DNA of 64,000 bases, from the IMG/VR virus record IMGVR_UViG_3300007511_001396, positions 10,321 to 74,320 of that record; one strand, 5' to 3'. The stretch is from a virus. Positions 36,704 through 46,909 of the stretch are shown here, one piece after another. The notes beneath the pieces are model-generated. The model did not search any database. It worked only from the letters and a program-made list of their open reading frames with translations, and was not told the DNA's origin. The first letter of the stretch is position 1. Every line of letters starts with the position of its first letter. The translations under genes were made by a program, and so were the position numbers.

Positions 36704-37028
36704 AGGTTGGGGCTGGGAGCGATGGATAGTAAACAATAGCGAATATTGTGGGAAACTATTATTCTTTAATAAGGGTAAACGTTGTTCATGGCATTATCAT
36801 AAGTTAAAAGATGAGGTTTTTTATCTTCAATCTGGCAAAATGATTGTTTATTATTCTGATGATGACGCCCTCGAAGAAGCAAAGCAACTTGTCTTAAATC
36901 CTGGCGATAACTTTCATGTCTATCGGGGATTAAAACACCAAATGGTGGCATTAGAAGAATCAGAATTGTTCGAGTTCTCTACGGAACATTTCGACACAGA
37001 CTCATATAGAATTTTAAAAGGAGATTGA
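36669..37028 (+). CDS. Cupin sugar isomerase-like protein
   Basis: KGWGWE, YCGK, SWHYHKLKDEVF, H, EFST. Confidence 0.8.
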   Translation: MSITLEMTHVNKGWGWERWIVNNSEYCGKLLFFNKGKRCSWHYHKLKDEVFYLQSGKMIVYYSDDDALEEAKQLVLNPGDNFHVYRGLKHQMVALEESELFEFSTEHFDTDSYRILKGD

Positions 37029-37029
37029 G

Positions 37030-37248
37030 ATGAAAACAAAAGAAATGAAATTATCAAACCAAGCATTAGGGGCTGTAATGATGGCTTTACAAGAGTCATT
37101 ATTAAATGAGCTAGACATTGTGCCTATTTTGAAAGGTTTTACGCTAGTAGAAACAGATGATGGGCTTATAGTCAGGAATCCACCAACTGTTAGAGTTTCT
37201 GATAATAAAGATATCACCAACGATGATTTGAAAAACTTAGGGGACTGA
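37030..37248 (+). CDS. Hypothetical protein
   Basis: AGGAG RBS; 72 aa. Confidence 0.6.
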   Translation: MKTKEMKLSNQALGAVMMALQESLLNELDIVPILKGFTLVETDDGLIVRNPPTVRVSDNKDITNDDLKNLGD

Positions 37249-37517
37249 TGCCAAGATATTGCTATAAATGTTCCAAATGCAGTCATGAACAAATATTGAG
37301 ACATGGCATTACAGAGAAGCCTGTCTTGAATTGTAATAAATGTAAGGAGCCAGACTCTTTGGTAAAAGCTTTATCTACCCCAAGAGTGATCAACAAGGAT
37401 AGCATTAGTAACAATGAATCTGTTGGCGAGGTCACTAAAGAATACATCGAACTCAACAAGCAGATTTTAAAAGAAGAAAAAGATAAAGCAAAAGAGAAGA
37501 TATATGAGCCGACTTGA
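37248..37517 (+). CDS. FmdB-like zinc-ribbon protein
   Basis: MPRYCYKCSKC...CNKC. Confidence 0.75.
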   Translation: MPRYCYKCSKCSHEQILRHGITEKPVLNCNKCKEPDSLVKALSTPRVINKDSISNNESVGEVTKEYIELNKQILKEEKDKAKEKIYEPT

Positions 37518-37839
37518 AATTATATTAACTGCATCCATTACGCTATCAATATTATTAAATATTGGCTTGATGGTCTATGCCCGTAACGTAGTGACTACTC
37601 TATTATCAGTATCGGCTGAGTTTAGCGATTTAAAAAACATGACAGATAGTTTTGCTGAACATATAAAATCAGTCTATGAATTAGAAATGTTCTATGGAGA
37701 TCAGACATTATCTGCCTTAATGGCACATGCCACATCGTTTAATAATTATCTTGATACATTTGAATATATCTATGAACTATCTGAAGACCTAAAGGACACA
37801 GAATTTGACAATAATCAGGCAGAAGAGACGACGAAGTAA
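37504..37839 (+). CDS. Hypothetical membrane-anchored protein
   Basis: N-terminal TM helix followed by coiled coil. Confidence 0.6.
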   Translation: MSRLEIILTASITLSILLNIGLMVYARNVVTTLLSVSAEFSDLKNMTDSFAEHIKSVYELEMFYGDQTLSALMAHATSFNNYLDTFEYIYELSEDLKDTEFDNNQAEETTK

Positions 37840-38512
37840 GTCTAAAAAAAATTATTACTTCACTAAAGTACATGAAGACGCCATCATAAAATATGTTGCA
37901 TCTGATTCATATAGAGAAAAGAATGAACTTTATATGGCTTTTATTCGACCTGCTTTTAGTGAAATGGTAGACAAGATTGTATTTGCTTATAAGTTTACTA
38001 CATTATCTAACATTGATTGTTTGCGAGAAGAGTGTAAGACTTGGCTTATAACAATATTAGACAAATATGATCCAGGAAAAGGTTCCAAAGCTTTTTCATA
38101 CTTTAGTGTGGTAACAAAAAATTGGTTTATTCATAAGGTAAAGAAGCAACAAAAGAGATTGTCTAGGGAAATAGATTTCGATAATGTCTCTAAATCGCAT
38201 GAACAAGAATTTCTTTCGACCACTGAGTCATATATTTCAAATCGTGAAGAAGCTGAGTTTTGGATATCATTCCACAAAGAGCTTTCCTCGTGGGATGTAT
38301 CTCAAATGAGAGAGACTGATTTGAAAGTTTATAAAGCCATTATAATACTCTTTGAATCCAAAGATGATATAGAAATTTTCAACAAGAAAGCGATCTATCT
38401 CTATTTAAGAGAGATAACCGGTCTCAATACTAAACAGGTTGTCAACTCATTGAAGAAATTCAAAAAGAAGTATTTTGCCTTTAAAAAAGACTGGGAGGGA
38501 GGTTTTGTATGA
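37805..38512 (+). CDS. Phage RNA polymerase sigma factor, T4 gp55-like (region 2)
   Basis: KNYYF..., DKYDPGKGSKAFSYFSVVTKNWFI matches the region 2.3-2.4 pattern (FDP.K...AF.YF); C-terminal helical/HTH-like segment. Confidence 0.7.
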   Translation: MTIIRQKRRRSKSKKNYYFTKVHEDAIIKYVASDSYREKNELYMAFIRPAFSEMVDKIVFAYKFTTLSNIDCLREECKTWLITILDKYDPGKGSKAFSYFSVVTKNWFIHKVKKQQKRLSREIDFDNVSKSHEQEFLSTTESYISNREEAEFWISFHKELSSWDVSQMRETDLKVYKAIIILFESKDDIEIFNKKAIYLYLREITGLNTKQVVNSLKKFKKKYFAFKKDWEGGFV

Positions 38513-38808
38513 GCAAACAGGATTTAGAAACCTTAGTATCAGAAGCTTTAAATAATATACGAAACGATAGAAAGCTATCACGTGAATTTTTAAATGACAT
38601 AGCTAATATTATAGCCGCCGATGCAGAACAAAATAAGAGCCTAAGTGTGGTGGCAGCCAAACACATAGAGACGCTGCAGCGTTCTAACGAACAATTGGTG
38701 AAAATTATAGGCTTGCGACAAAAGACGGCTTCCCAAAGTAGTGAGTTGTCTAAAGAAGATAAGGATAGTTTATTTGATATGATACAAGCTATACCAGATG
38801 ATGTCTAA
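38509..38808 (+). CDS. Hypothetical helical protein
   Basis: GGAGG RBS; 99 aa. Confidence 0.6.
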   Translation: MSKQDLETLVSEALNNIRNDRKLSREFLNDIANIIAADAEQNKSLSVVAAKHIETLQRSNEQLVKIIGLRQKTASQSSELSKEDKDSLFDMIQAIPDDV

Positions 38809-39901
38809 GTTAGACTATTCTTCATTTACTACTGACAAAGAGAAAATCTCGCTTTTGGCAGCTACCGTTTCAGGTAAGCTAACTTCTGGCACAGCCGGAG
38901 AAGTAAGAGAGTTCACTGCTATAGTGCTGAGCACAATTGGTGAACCCTACGAAGCAAGTTTTTTCGTGAGGGCAAAAATAGTCGGTGATAAAAACAACAA
39001 GCCACTCCCAGCTATAGAGAACCCACATTCCTTTTTACCAGATGTGTGTAATATAGTGAATGCGGAAGATGCTAATAATGTAGTAGCCTTGACTAAAATG
39101 TATACTAAATTTTATGCCTTAAATCCTTTATCCGGCCTCAGTGAGCCAGTTTCAGTAGGCGATATAATACGAGTATCTATGACAAGAGATTCAGATGGTT
39201 TCTTGATTACAGAAAGGGGCTCTATCCTAAATGTGCTGACGAAAGCACCCAATGTCATCAAAAAAGATTTTAAATGTGATAGTGTGCAAGCTTTGTTTGA
39301 CAACGTTGGTTCTCTAAATCTACCGGTAGAATTAGATCCAATTCTACCAATTAATACACCATCGGATGTAAGTGAATTTTCTGAACGATACGACGCTGAT
39401 GACACTATAGAAGAAAAGGATAAACACGCTAAATATTTAAAAATCTGCCACCCAGAAGTTATTCCGTATTTCAAAGCTTTTATTTATCGCGCTTGGTCAG
39501 AAAAGCAAGCACACATTTCAATTAATAGTACTTATCGTGACCTACCAGAGCAAAAAAGGTTATTTAATAAATGGATTAATGGAACTAAAGAATATCAAGA
39601 AACACATGCCAAGCCGGTAAAACCTGGCTCCAGTTATCACAACGTTGGATTAGCTATGGATTTCAATCCTACCATATCTGGAAAGACTATTATGAGAGCA
39701 GATGACGTTACAACTTGGGAAGCCTCGGGCATACCAGCTATTGCAAGGTCAGTCGGATTGCGCTGGGGAGGAGCATTTGGAAACAATTACGATCCCATAC
39801 ACGTTGATCTAGGCAGCAGGGTCAATAATCAAAGTAAATTAAAAATGCTTGCAGATGCCTCTGAACAAAATGTGGCAGCTAACAGGGTAGAAATTACTTA
39901 A
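38798..39901 (+). CDS. Baseplate-associated protein with C-terminal M15 (L-Ala-D-Glu/VanY-like) peptidoglycan peptidase
   Basis: STYR..EQ, SYHNVGLAMDF (SxHxxGxAxD), WGG...DPIHVD; N-half beta/OB-like. Confidence 0.78.
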   Translation: MMSKLDYSSFTTDKEKISLLAATVSGKLTSGTAGEVREFTAIVLSTIGEPYEASFFVRAKIVGDKNNKPLPAIENPHSFLPDVCNIVNAEDANNVVALTKMYTKFYALNPLSGLSEPVSVGDIIRVSMTRDSDGFLITERGSILNVLTKAPNVIKKDFKCDSVQALFDNVGSLNLPVELDPILPINTPSDVSEFSERYDADDTIEEKDKHAKYLKICHPEVIPYFKAFIYRAWSEKQAHISINSTYRDLPEQKRLFNKWINGTKEYQETHAKPVKPGSSYHNVGLAMDFNPTISGKTIMRADDVTTWEASGIPAIARSVGLRWGGAFGNNYDPIHVDLGSRVNNQSKLKMLADASEQNVAANRVEIT

Positions 39902-39918
39902 AAAAAGGCTATTTTATA

Positions 39919-40884
39919 ATGAAAAAAACTCTATCAAAACCCGAAAATACCGAAACCGTCCAAGAGAAGCTAGATCGCGGAGGCAATGTAAACATAGCCA
40001 CAGGTGGCTTAGCTCACTCTGATCCTTTGAGTCCTAGATATGCGTTCAATAGAGCCAGTAACGAGTACATTATTAGAAACAACGATGCGTTTGTTGTGTT
40101 TGGCCAAGACAGACCATCGGATGAATCAACAGGTGCTGGCGCACTAGGGTTTCCGTCTGAAACTATAGATTTAGTTACTGGTCGAAAATCAAGCACCAAT
40201 GATGGCAACGGTCCCAAATCAAATGAGATAGTTAATAATGATTTTGTCACAGACGCTGCAAGAATATATATTAGCAAGAAGACAAAAATAGATACTCACT
40301 TTGGAATAGATCGTGAAGACTCTAATAAAGAACAGTGGCGCTCTGCTGTGGCACTGAAGGCAGATCACTTAAGACTATTTGGGAGAGAACATATTAAAAT
40401 AGTAACAGGTCACACAAAAGGAATTGCAGAGAAAAATTCAACAGGTGGTGACTATGAGCGAGCCGGCAGAATAGATCTAATAGCCGGCAACCATGTTGGT
40501 TCTCAGATAGTTCAGTTACCAGAGATGGTGAAAAAACTAGGTAAAGCATTCTTTCCTCATTTTGAGCCAGAAGTGAAATATCTACAGCCTCTAATAAAGG
40601 GCGATAATTTAGAAATAGCACTTAAAGAAATGAACGACCATATACAGAGCCTCACAGGTATAGTGCTGACACAGGCAACAATGTTAACGGCTGTAATGGG
40701 AGCAATGGCTGTCAATCCATTACCTCACTATCCTGCTGCTTGTTCGGCATATATTACAGGGAATACGTTGGCAGCCACAACGCCACTATGGTCATTGAAG
40801 ACACAAATTGCTGCTTGGGAAACTAATTACTTGAACGAAAATGCAACTCGTTATATATGCAGCAGAAACGTTAGAACAACCTAG
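39919..40884 (+). CDS. Putative baseplate spike/hub (gp5 C-terminal-like) protein
   Basis: Position in the baseplate module; beta-repeat-like ALKADHLRLFGREHIKIVT segment and PLIKGDNL motif. Confidence 0.5.
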   Translation: MKKTLSKPENTETVQEKLDRGGNVNIATGGLAHSDPLSPRYAFNRASNEYIIRNNDAFVVFGQDRPSDESTGAGALGFPSETIDLVTGRKSSTNDGNGPKSNEIVNNDFVTDAARIYISKKTKIDTHFGIDREDSNKEQWRSAVALKADHLRLFGREHIKIVTGHTKGIAEKNSTGGDYERAGRIDLIAGNHVGSQIVQLPEMVKKLGKAFFPHFEPEVKYLQPLIKGDNLEIALKEMNDHIQSLTGIVLTQATMLTAVMGAMAVNPLPHYPAACSAYITGNTLAATTPLWSLKTQIAAWETNYLNENATRYICSRNVRTT

Positions 40885-40902
40885 GCCACAAGATTTTTAA
40901 AA

Positions 40903-43900
40903 ATGACTAAAGACTTTATTAAACAAATGCAAGATCCAGAAGGCACAGGCTTGTCAGACAATTGTAGTGACAAAGAGATATCTCAGGATACAAATAAATA
41001 TTGTTCACCATGTCGACCAAATCCAAAAGAAATAATACCTAATTGGACAAAACTGTCTAAATTTAAGCCATTTCTGAACAAAAGAATATGCAAATATCAA
41101 ATCACAATAGAAACAGAATATGATAGTATTATTTCTAGGATCCCAGATGCCGATAGCAAAAGTGCCTCTCACTTAGAACAAGCAAGCGAAGAGATCCTTT
41201 CCGATACTTTTGGAGAATACAGAAGTGAGGCTATAGAACACTTGCTGAACTTCTTCAACAAAGATGATTCACAAGAGAGCAGCTTATTAGTTGAATCATC
41301 TTTGGAGAATACTGATTTTTATCTAGATATACGCCCAAAGAGCCGTATCAAATTGTTATTCTCTGTGCCATTTGATGTAATTAATTCACTGGAAGATTCT
41401 TTAGGTGAAAATACTTGTGAAGAACAAAGTACCAACCTACAAGTTAGATATACGCCTGATGAACTCACAGACTGGCACAAGCGAGTAGGGACAATGCTGG
41501 GAGTATATTCCCGAAATTTAAAAGTGTTTCGAGCTATAGAGAATTCTAATATAGTTTTTGAAGATGGGCATTTATTCAACTTAGAGGATTATGCTCTGAA
41601 TGCTGGTCAATCGAAGACACTTTTTGGAAACCTAATACCAGAACTAATGTCATTCCTGAATAGCAAAGGACAAAGCACAGATTCCATTGAATATCTAACC
41701 TTCCACCTTAGTCAGAATTACAATATAGAGAAACTATCTATCGAAACGACAGACGGCAAAAAGACTAATTTTATTAAAAAACTAAAATTTCTAAAGACAC
41801 CCAATAGTTCTTGGACAGATCCCACCGCCTTGGCTTATTTGTATAACCTTAGAAATATGAATGACGACTTAACGGCACGTGTGCCACCCAAGTGGACATC
41901 GTTTATAAAAAAATATACATACCCAGAGACTACCGAAAGGAGCTTCACAGAGGCTCCAAGTGACTCGTCTGGTTGTCTACAGGAGGCCATGAAGAAAGCC
42001 GGAACCCAGCTAGGACAAGATCTGTTGGATCCAATTTTTGGCTTAGGAGATGCGGTAGCATATAATTTTAGAGAACTGCGATGTAATGTTGACGCAGACA
42101 CTCTAGCTAAACAGAAAGCACAATTAAAGAAACTTGGAATAGAAGACAAAGATATAAACACTGAAATGCTTTATTCTCTCGCCAAAGAGCAGTTATACGA
42201 CTCTTTTGATGGAGACACGATAGTGAGTTGTGAGACTATATTCGGAGGTGGCACTACTGAAACAGCCTCTGATTTATTTAAAGAGATACGAGCCAATTTT
42301 GATAGATTAAAAATGTGCGGCCTATTAGATTTACTGACAGATGCCTATCGATGTCTGATGTCAGGACTCTCACTCGAACAATCGCTATCATCGATAACAC
42401 TAAGTGCCATAAACTCTATGTCAATTGGTAATTTAGGTAAACTATTCATAGGCTTACCGCTAGAAAAACAAGAAGAAATAGACTCATTGGTAAGAGATAA
42501 TTTATCATCTGGCACCTTCTTTGGGGACGATAGCGCAAATAAAGAAGCTTTTGATGATATTGTGGGCAACTTTGATTACAATCGCCCTTGGGAAGAAGAC
42601 GATTCGGACAAACTAGATTCCATGTCTAGGCAGGAGGGTCCACAGAGCCAAGATTCATACGGTATTTCGTTTACAGTAGAACAAAAGAGAGTTAGGACGC
42701 TGGGCGGCTCCACCACTATCGACAGAAAAGTAATATCCGTTGTCTTACAGGCCTACAGAGAAGCTATTGTTAAATCTTATGCTGACGATCTACTGTCTTT
42801 GGTTGACTATCTCGGAAAGTTCCCAGGCTCCAGTTTGATATCATCAGCAATGCAAATTGGGCACTGTCCGTCGGTGCCACTCTTTAATCCATCATTCCCT
42901 GATTATATTAATAGTTTTGAGTTACCTATTTGTAGAGACATGAAGGAAATTTCTTTTCCACGATTAGTGACACCTCCTTATGATAAATTCGTTGATCTCT
43001 GGCAGTTGATTCTAAATGCTGCCAAGATAGCAATAGCTCAAATGATTCATAAATTATTGTTTATATTAATGAAAAGAGTTTGCGAATTGGCCAATGCTGG
43101 AGCTTGTGGTGCGCTTGATTTAGCGGGAGATCTGGCCAGAAATATATCTGATGAAAACAATACACTCAGAGAAGTTATCAGAGAATCAATATGTGACTCA
43201 ACCACTGAAGAAGAAGTATTAGACGAAACTATAAAAGAAATATTTGGTTCTTTAGGCGGCGGCGACTGGGGTAATAGCCAAAGAGTTTCAGACTTCACGG
43301 CAGATATGTCACGCTCGACTACGCCAAAAGAAATCTCAGATGCCCTATTGGGAAACCCTTCTCCGGAGTTTTTAAATATAGTGGCAACCATAGCCGCCTA
43401 TGAGTACCCCGAACTTGCCCCTTCTTTCAAGAACCACTTACAGACAAAGAGGTTATTTAAAAACATAGGTAATCTATTACCACTAGACTTTAAAAGCCAG
43501 ATGCGCCAAAAGATAGATAATGAAATATCATCAAACAGGATACCTGCTAACCCAAGTCTGTGTGCGTCTGATGAACAAATAACTTTATTTAAAGATTATC
43601 GCTGTGAGTTGTTGGCTGGAAGAGTAACTCCGAATCAATGTGAGCATCTTCAGCCATCAAATTTAGACGATATATCCACACTAGGTGACATTTTACAAGG
43701 CGGCGTTTCTGCCTTTATTGATGATAATATGCCACCTATGGTTTCTGATTCTGGCTGCGACGACGGCGTTTTTCCTCGTGAGCCAAAAGTTGTAGCTCAG
43801 GCTGTCTCTCTGTCGCTGACTAGCCAAATGGAAACCCTACAATCAGAATATATTACCGATATGCTTGGAAACGGCCCCACTAAGAAGAACTGGGGCTTAT

Positions 43901-46860
43901 TTAATATGATTCTCTCTGATACACTTGGTGCCCCTTTGAGCACACACCATAGAAAAACAGATAACAGGAGAAATAGGGTTGACTTTTATTCCGAAACAGA
44001 ACCAGAAGAGGGCGACGAAAAGCCATTTTCACCATTTTTGTTAGCTTCGGCGTTGGCCGCCTATGCATCATCTCACCCCAAAATAGAAACTCAACGAGGA
44101 GCATATCCTCTCTATGTGGGAGAGTGGCTTAAAAGTCAAATGGAAAATGAATCACATACGTTTAACTTGGATAACCAAATATCAAGAGTTGACGATACAA
44201 TACAAAAAACGACCCCTGGCATAGTTTACACTTTTAAAGACAATGCGAGAGGTATAGAAGATTATAAAGATTCATATGGATATGGTTTTGAGATAAAACT
44301 CCACTTCTCGGAGCTAACGGATAATTTGATGGGTAAAGCAGTAAACAAAACAGCTGGCTACACCCCCACCAGTGAGCATTCTCCTGTGCCTAGTGATTTC
44401 AGTAGAATAGAGATAAATGAAATGTTCAATGCCTCTTTTAACCCAGATGCTTCTCTTTTATCGTTATTTCCTCTAGCAAATCTTGTAGCCAAAAACCTTA
44501 GAGCTGATATGATTTTTAAAGAATCAAAATTTAATTTTATTGTATCAGAGGACACATTTGAAGACATCGACTTGAGGCCATTTGCCAATTTCGTATCTAC
44601 ATTTTCAAGTTATCGGCCTGAGAGCCCACAGGCTACATTATTAAAAGATATTTTAGCATCCTCTGGTACAGAAGCCTCAATGTCCTCAACAATAAGAACA
44701 CTTAATTTAATACTAGGGGACATTAGTTCCGCAATATGGTCGAAAGTGACTGATAATGAGTCATCGTTTCTGTACGGAGCCAAATATGACTCCTTGACGA
44801 CAAAAGATGCAGAATATGTGGTGTCCGATGGCCAAACAAATTCAGCTGGCGGAACCATATACTCCGAGGCAGAGATAATATCAGAGGATGGAAGTCTGCG
44901 TAAAATAAACAATAAAGACGAGATTCTCGGCATGAGCAGAATGCAATATGAGATAAATAGTGGTATATATCATGACCCCAGTGCAACCAACAGAGTATAT
45001 TTTTTAGAGCCTTCGAAATACGGAGGATCATATATAAACCCACCAGTATCCTTAGTACCTATTGAAAACGACGGCTGGCTAGGGTTCATGGAAGTATTGT
45101 TCCCAGAACACAATGAGGTAGTATCTGAGTCAAGTAATATAATTGGATTTGAGGACATAGGTTCCTTGATGGATAGTCTATATCCTAAACTTTCTGATGA
45201 TTTGCGTATGTCTAAGCTACAAAGTGATTTTGAGGAGTTGCCATACGATAGGTTAATGGTACGTTCATCGAAAGCCTTCATGCATGGATTAGTGACGGCG
45301 GCCATCAGAATATTTTGTAGCACCAGTATTATCAAGAGTTTGAACGTTAACTCTGTTTTTCCAATTGATTCTTCAAATCTGTACGGTTCAACTTATGCCT
45401 CATATTTGGCCGAAACAATGAAAGATAGCTTTTTGGATCCGCAAGGTGCAGAATGGGACTGGATATCTGCTGGGATAGATACAGACTTCTGGTATGCGTT
45501 CTTGGAACAATCTGTGCAAATATATTCTCGTCGCATTGAGATGGGCGAAATAAATCCACCCAATAGAATTAAAGCTGCATTAACCCGCTTAAATGATCTA
45601 CAGGAAGCATATGAATACCCGAGTAGACAAGATTTAAAAACTGCAAAATATTTAAAACAGTCATCTCCCTTTGAGACTTTAAGGGGCTATCGTCTCGAAC
45701 AAAACTTTGATGCAATAAAAGTATCTGAAGAAGATGCCAAAATGATTTTGATAGAGCTTATCAAAGAGCAGCTAGATTACTTGGGCGCCAAAATAATAAA
45801 GCGAACACCTGCGTCAAAACAGAGTATGCAAATCTTTGATGCAGACTTATTTTTACTCAACGAGATAGCTGTCGGTGCAGATATAAATGTAAAATCAAAA
45901 TTGTCCGAGATTAAAGGCAGCACCATTGGTGAAATCGCAGACTATGGAGTAACTGACTATGAATCTAAGTCACTAGTGATAGAAAAGTTTATTAGTATAC
46001 AAGGAGTAAAATTCAGTAACGCTGAGGCATTAGAAATACTAAGCGAACATACATCTCCGTCAGATATGATTAGTGATGTTTATTTGGGTAATCTAAAGTT
46101 AATCAAAGATAAGTGTGACCACATTGTTGGCATAGACGGCAAAATGAGCATACAATATGGATTAGTCCTGTCAGTGATAGTTGACGGTAATAAGAGAGAA
46201 ATAACTTCTATAGAGATGAACCCAGTAGACACTGAAGTACGACTGTTGCCTCCAATAGAATCAAATAGTGATTTATTATTGTGTTTAATAAAAAAACTCA
46301 AAGAAGATAACGTCTTTCGTCTGATATCAGAGTATATTTTCCCAACTAGAAAATTAGTCTCTATGGCAGCAATTTATGCCGATATGGGTTTACTTCCATC
46401 GATAGGAGAAAAGACGGTCGAAGATGGTGAGACTTGGAAAAAGACAACACTGACATCTTTGTTTGCAGGAGTCGATACCTTTGATGATTTGAAGAAGCCT
46501 GGCGTATACGCTTCTCCTGAATATGATGGCGAAGGAAACATCACCAATATAACGTTAGAAGGAAATGAAGGATGGTCATCTTCAAATGATCGCTCAACAT
46601 GGTCACCATTCTATCTAGAATGGGACGAGTGGGACAAGGTACTTGTCAGAAATTCAAAAAGCAGAATTAAAAAATTGTTTAAAATGCATTATAAATCTAG
46701 AGACTTTGATATTAAAGATATAAATGACGGCGACTCTTCCCCTACTCGTGTTAAAGCCAAAGAGCTAAAAGAAAAGATGCAAGCTGCCCCTAGTGACAAG
46801 ATATTGCCGTGGTACCGACGTCGCAATCTCCGCCCCAAGCCAACTATTTCTGATGATTAA
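40903..46860 (+). CDS. Very large (1985 aa) putative virion structural protein
   Basis: Uninterrupted ORF between the spike-like and gp25-like genes; helical and unusually Cys-containing; no recognisable enzyme motif. Confidence 0.65.
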   Translation: MTKDFIKQMQDPEGTGLSDNCSDKEISQDTNKYCSPCRPNPKEIIPNWTKLSKFKPFLNKRICKYQITIETEYDSIISRIPDADSKSASHLEQASEEILSDTFGEYRSEAIEHLLNFFNKDDSQESSLLVESSLENTDFYLDIRPKSRIKLLFSVPFDVINSLEDSLGENTCEEQSTNLQVRYTPDELTDWHKRVGTMLGVYSRNLKVFRAIENSNIVFEDGHLFNLEDYALNAGQSKTLFGNLIPELMSFLNSKGQSTDSIEYLTFHLSQNYNIEKLSIETTDGKKTNFIKKLKFLKTPNSSWTDPTALAYLYNLRNMNDDLTARVPPKWTSFIKKYTYPETTERSFTEAPSDSSGCLQEAMKKAGTQLGQDLLDPIFGLGDAVAYNFRELRCNVDADTLAKQKAQLKKLGIEDKDINTEMLYSLAKEQLYDSFDGDTIVSCETIFGGGTTETASDLFKEIRANFDRLKMCGLLDLLTDAYRCLMSGLSLEQSLSSITLSAINSMSIGNLGKLFIGLPLEKQEEIDSLVRDNLSSGTFFGDDSANKEAFDDIVGNFDYNRPWEEDDSDKLDSMSRQEGPQSQDSYGISFTVEQKRVRTLGGSTTIDRKVISVVLQAYREAIVKSYADDLLSLVDYLGKFPGSSLISSAMQIGHCPSVPLFNPSFPDYINSFELPICRDMKEISFPRLVTPPYDKFVDLWQLILNAAKIAIAQMIHKLLFILMKRVCELANAGACGALDLAGDLARNISDENNTLREVIRESICDSTTEEEVLDETIKEIFGSLGGGDWGNSQRVSDFTADMSRSTTPKEISDALLGNPSPEFLNIVATIAAYEYPELAPSFKNHLQTKRLFKNIGNLLPLDFKSQMRQKIDNEISSNRIPANPSLCASDEQITLFKDYRCELLAGRVTPNQCEHLQPSNLDDISTLGDILQGGVSAFIDDNMPPMVSDSGCDDGVFPREPKVVAQAVSLSLTSQMETLQSEYITDMLGNGPTKKNWGLFNMILSDTLGAPLSTHHRKTDNRRNRVDFYSETEPEEGDEKPFSPFLLASALAAYASSHPKIETQRGAYPLYVGEWLKSQMENESHTFNLDNQISRVDDTIQKTTPGIVYTFKDNARGIEDYKDSYGYGFEIKLHFSELTDNLMGKAVNKTAGYTPTSEHSPVPSDFSRIEINEMFNASFNPDASLLSLFPLANLVAKNLRADMIFKESKFNFIVSEDTFEDIDLRPFANFVSTFSSYRPESPQATLLKDILASSGTEASMSSTIRTLNLILGDISSAIWSKVTDNESSFLYGAKYDSLTTKDAEYVVSDGQTNSAGGTIYSEAEIISEDGSLRKINNKDEILGMSRMQYEINSGIYHDPSATNRVYFLEPSKYGGSYINPPVSLVPIENDGWLGFMEVLFPEHNEVVSESSNIIGFEDIGSLMDSLYPKLSDDLRMSKLQSDFEELPYDRLMVRSSKAFMHGLVTAAIRIFCSTSIIKSLNVNSVFPIDSSNLYGSTYASYLAETMKDSFLDPQGAEWDWISAGIDTDFWYAFLEQSVQIYSRRIEMGEINPPNRIKAALTRLNDLQEAYEYPSRQDLKTAKYLKQSSPFETLRGYRLEQNFDAIKVSEEDAKMILIELIKEQLDYLGAKIIKRTPASKQSMQIFDADLFLLNEIAVGADINVKSKLSEIKGSTIGEIADYGVTDYESKSLVIEKFISIQGVKFSNAEALEILSEHTSPSDMISDVYLGNLKLIKDKCDHIVGIDGKMSIQYGLVLSVIVDGNKREITSIEMNPVDTEVRLLPPIESNSDLLLCLIKKLKEDNVFRLISEYIFPTRKLVSMAAIYADMGLLPSIGEKTVEDGETWKKTTLTSLFAGVDTFDDLKKPGVYASPEYDGEGNITNITLEGNEGWSSSNDRSTWSPFYLEWDEWDKVLVRNSKSRIKKLFKMHYKSRDFDIKDINDGDSSPTRVKAKELKEKMQAAPSDKILPWYRRRNLRPKPTISDD

Positions 46861-46909
46861 GCTATTCAAAATGACAGTTGATGATATTTAGTAATAAGGA
46901 GAATATCTG

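Noticed and set aside
17184-37028. Bacterial chromosomal O-antigen/capsule locus
   Set aside because: No flippase, polymerase or housekeeping context; it is flanked by phage hallmark genes (PhoH, gp55-like sigma, gp25, gp6) with the same gene style.
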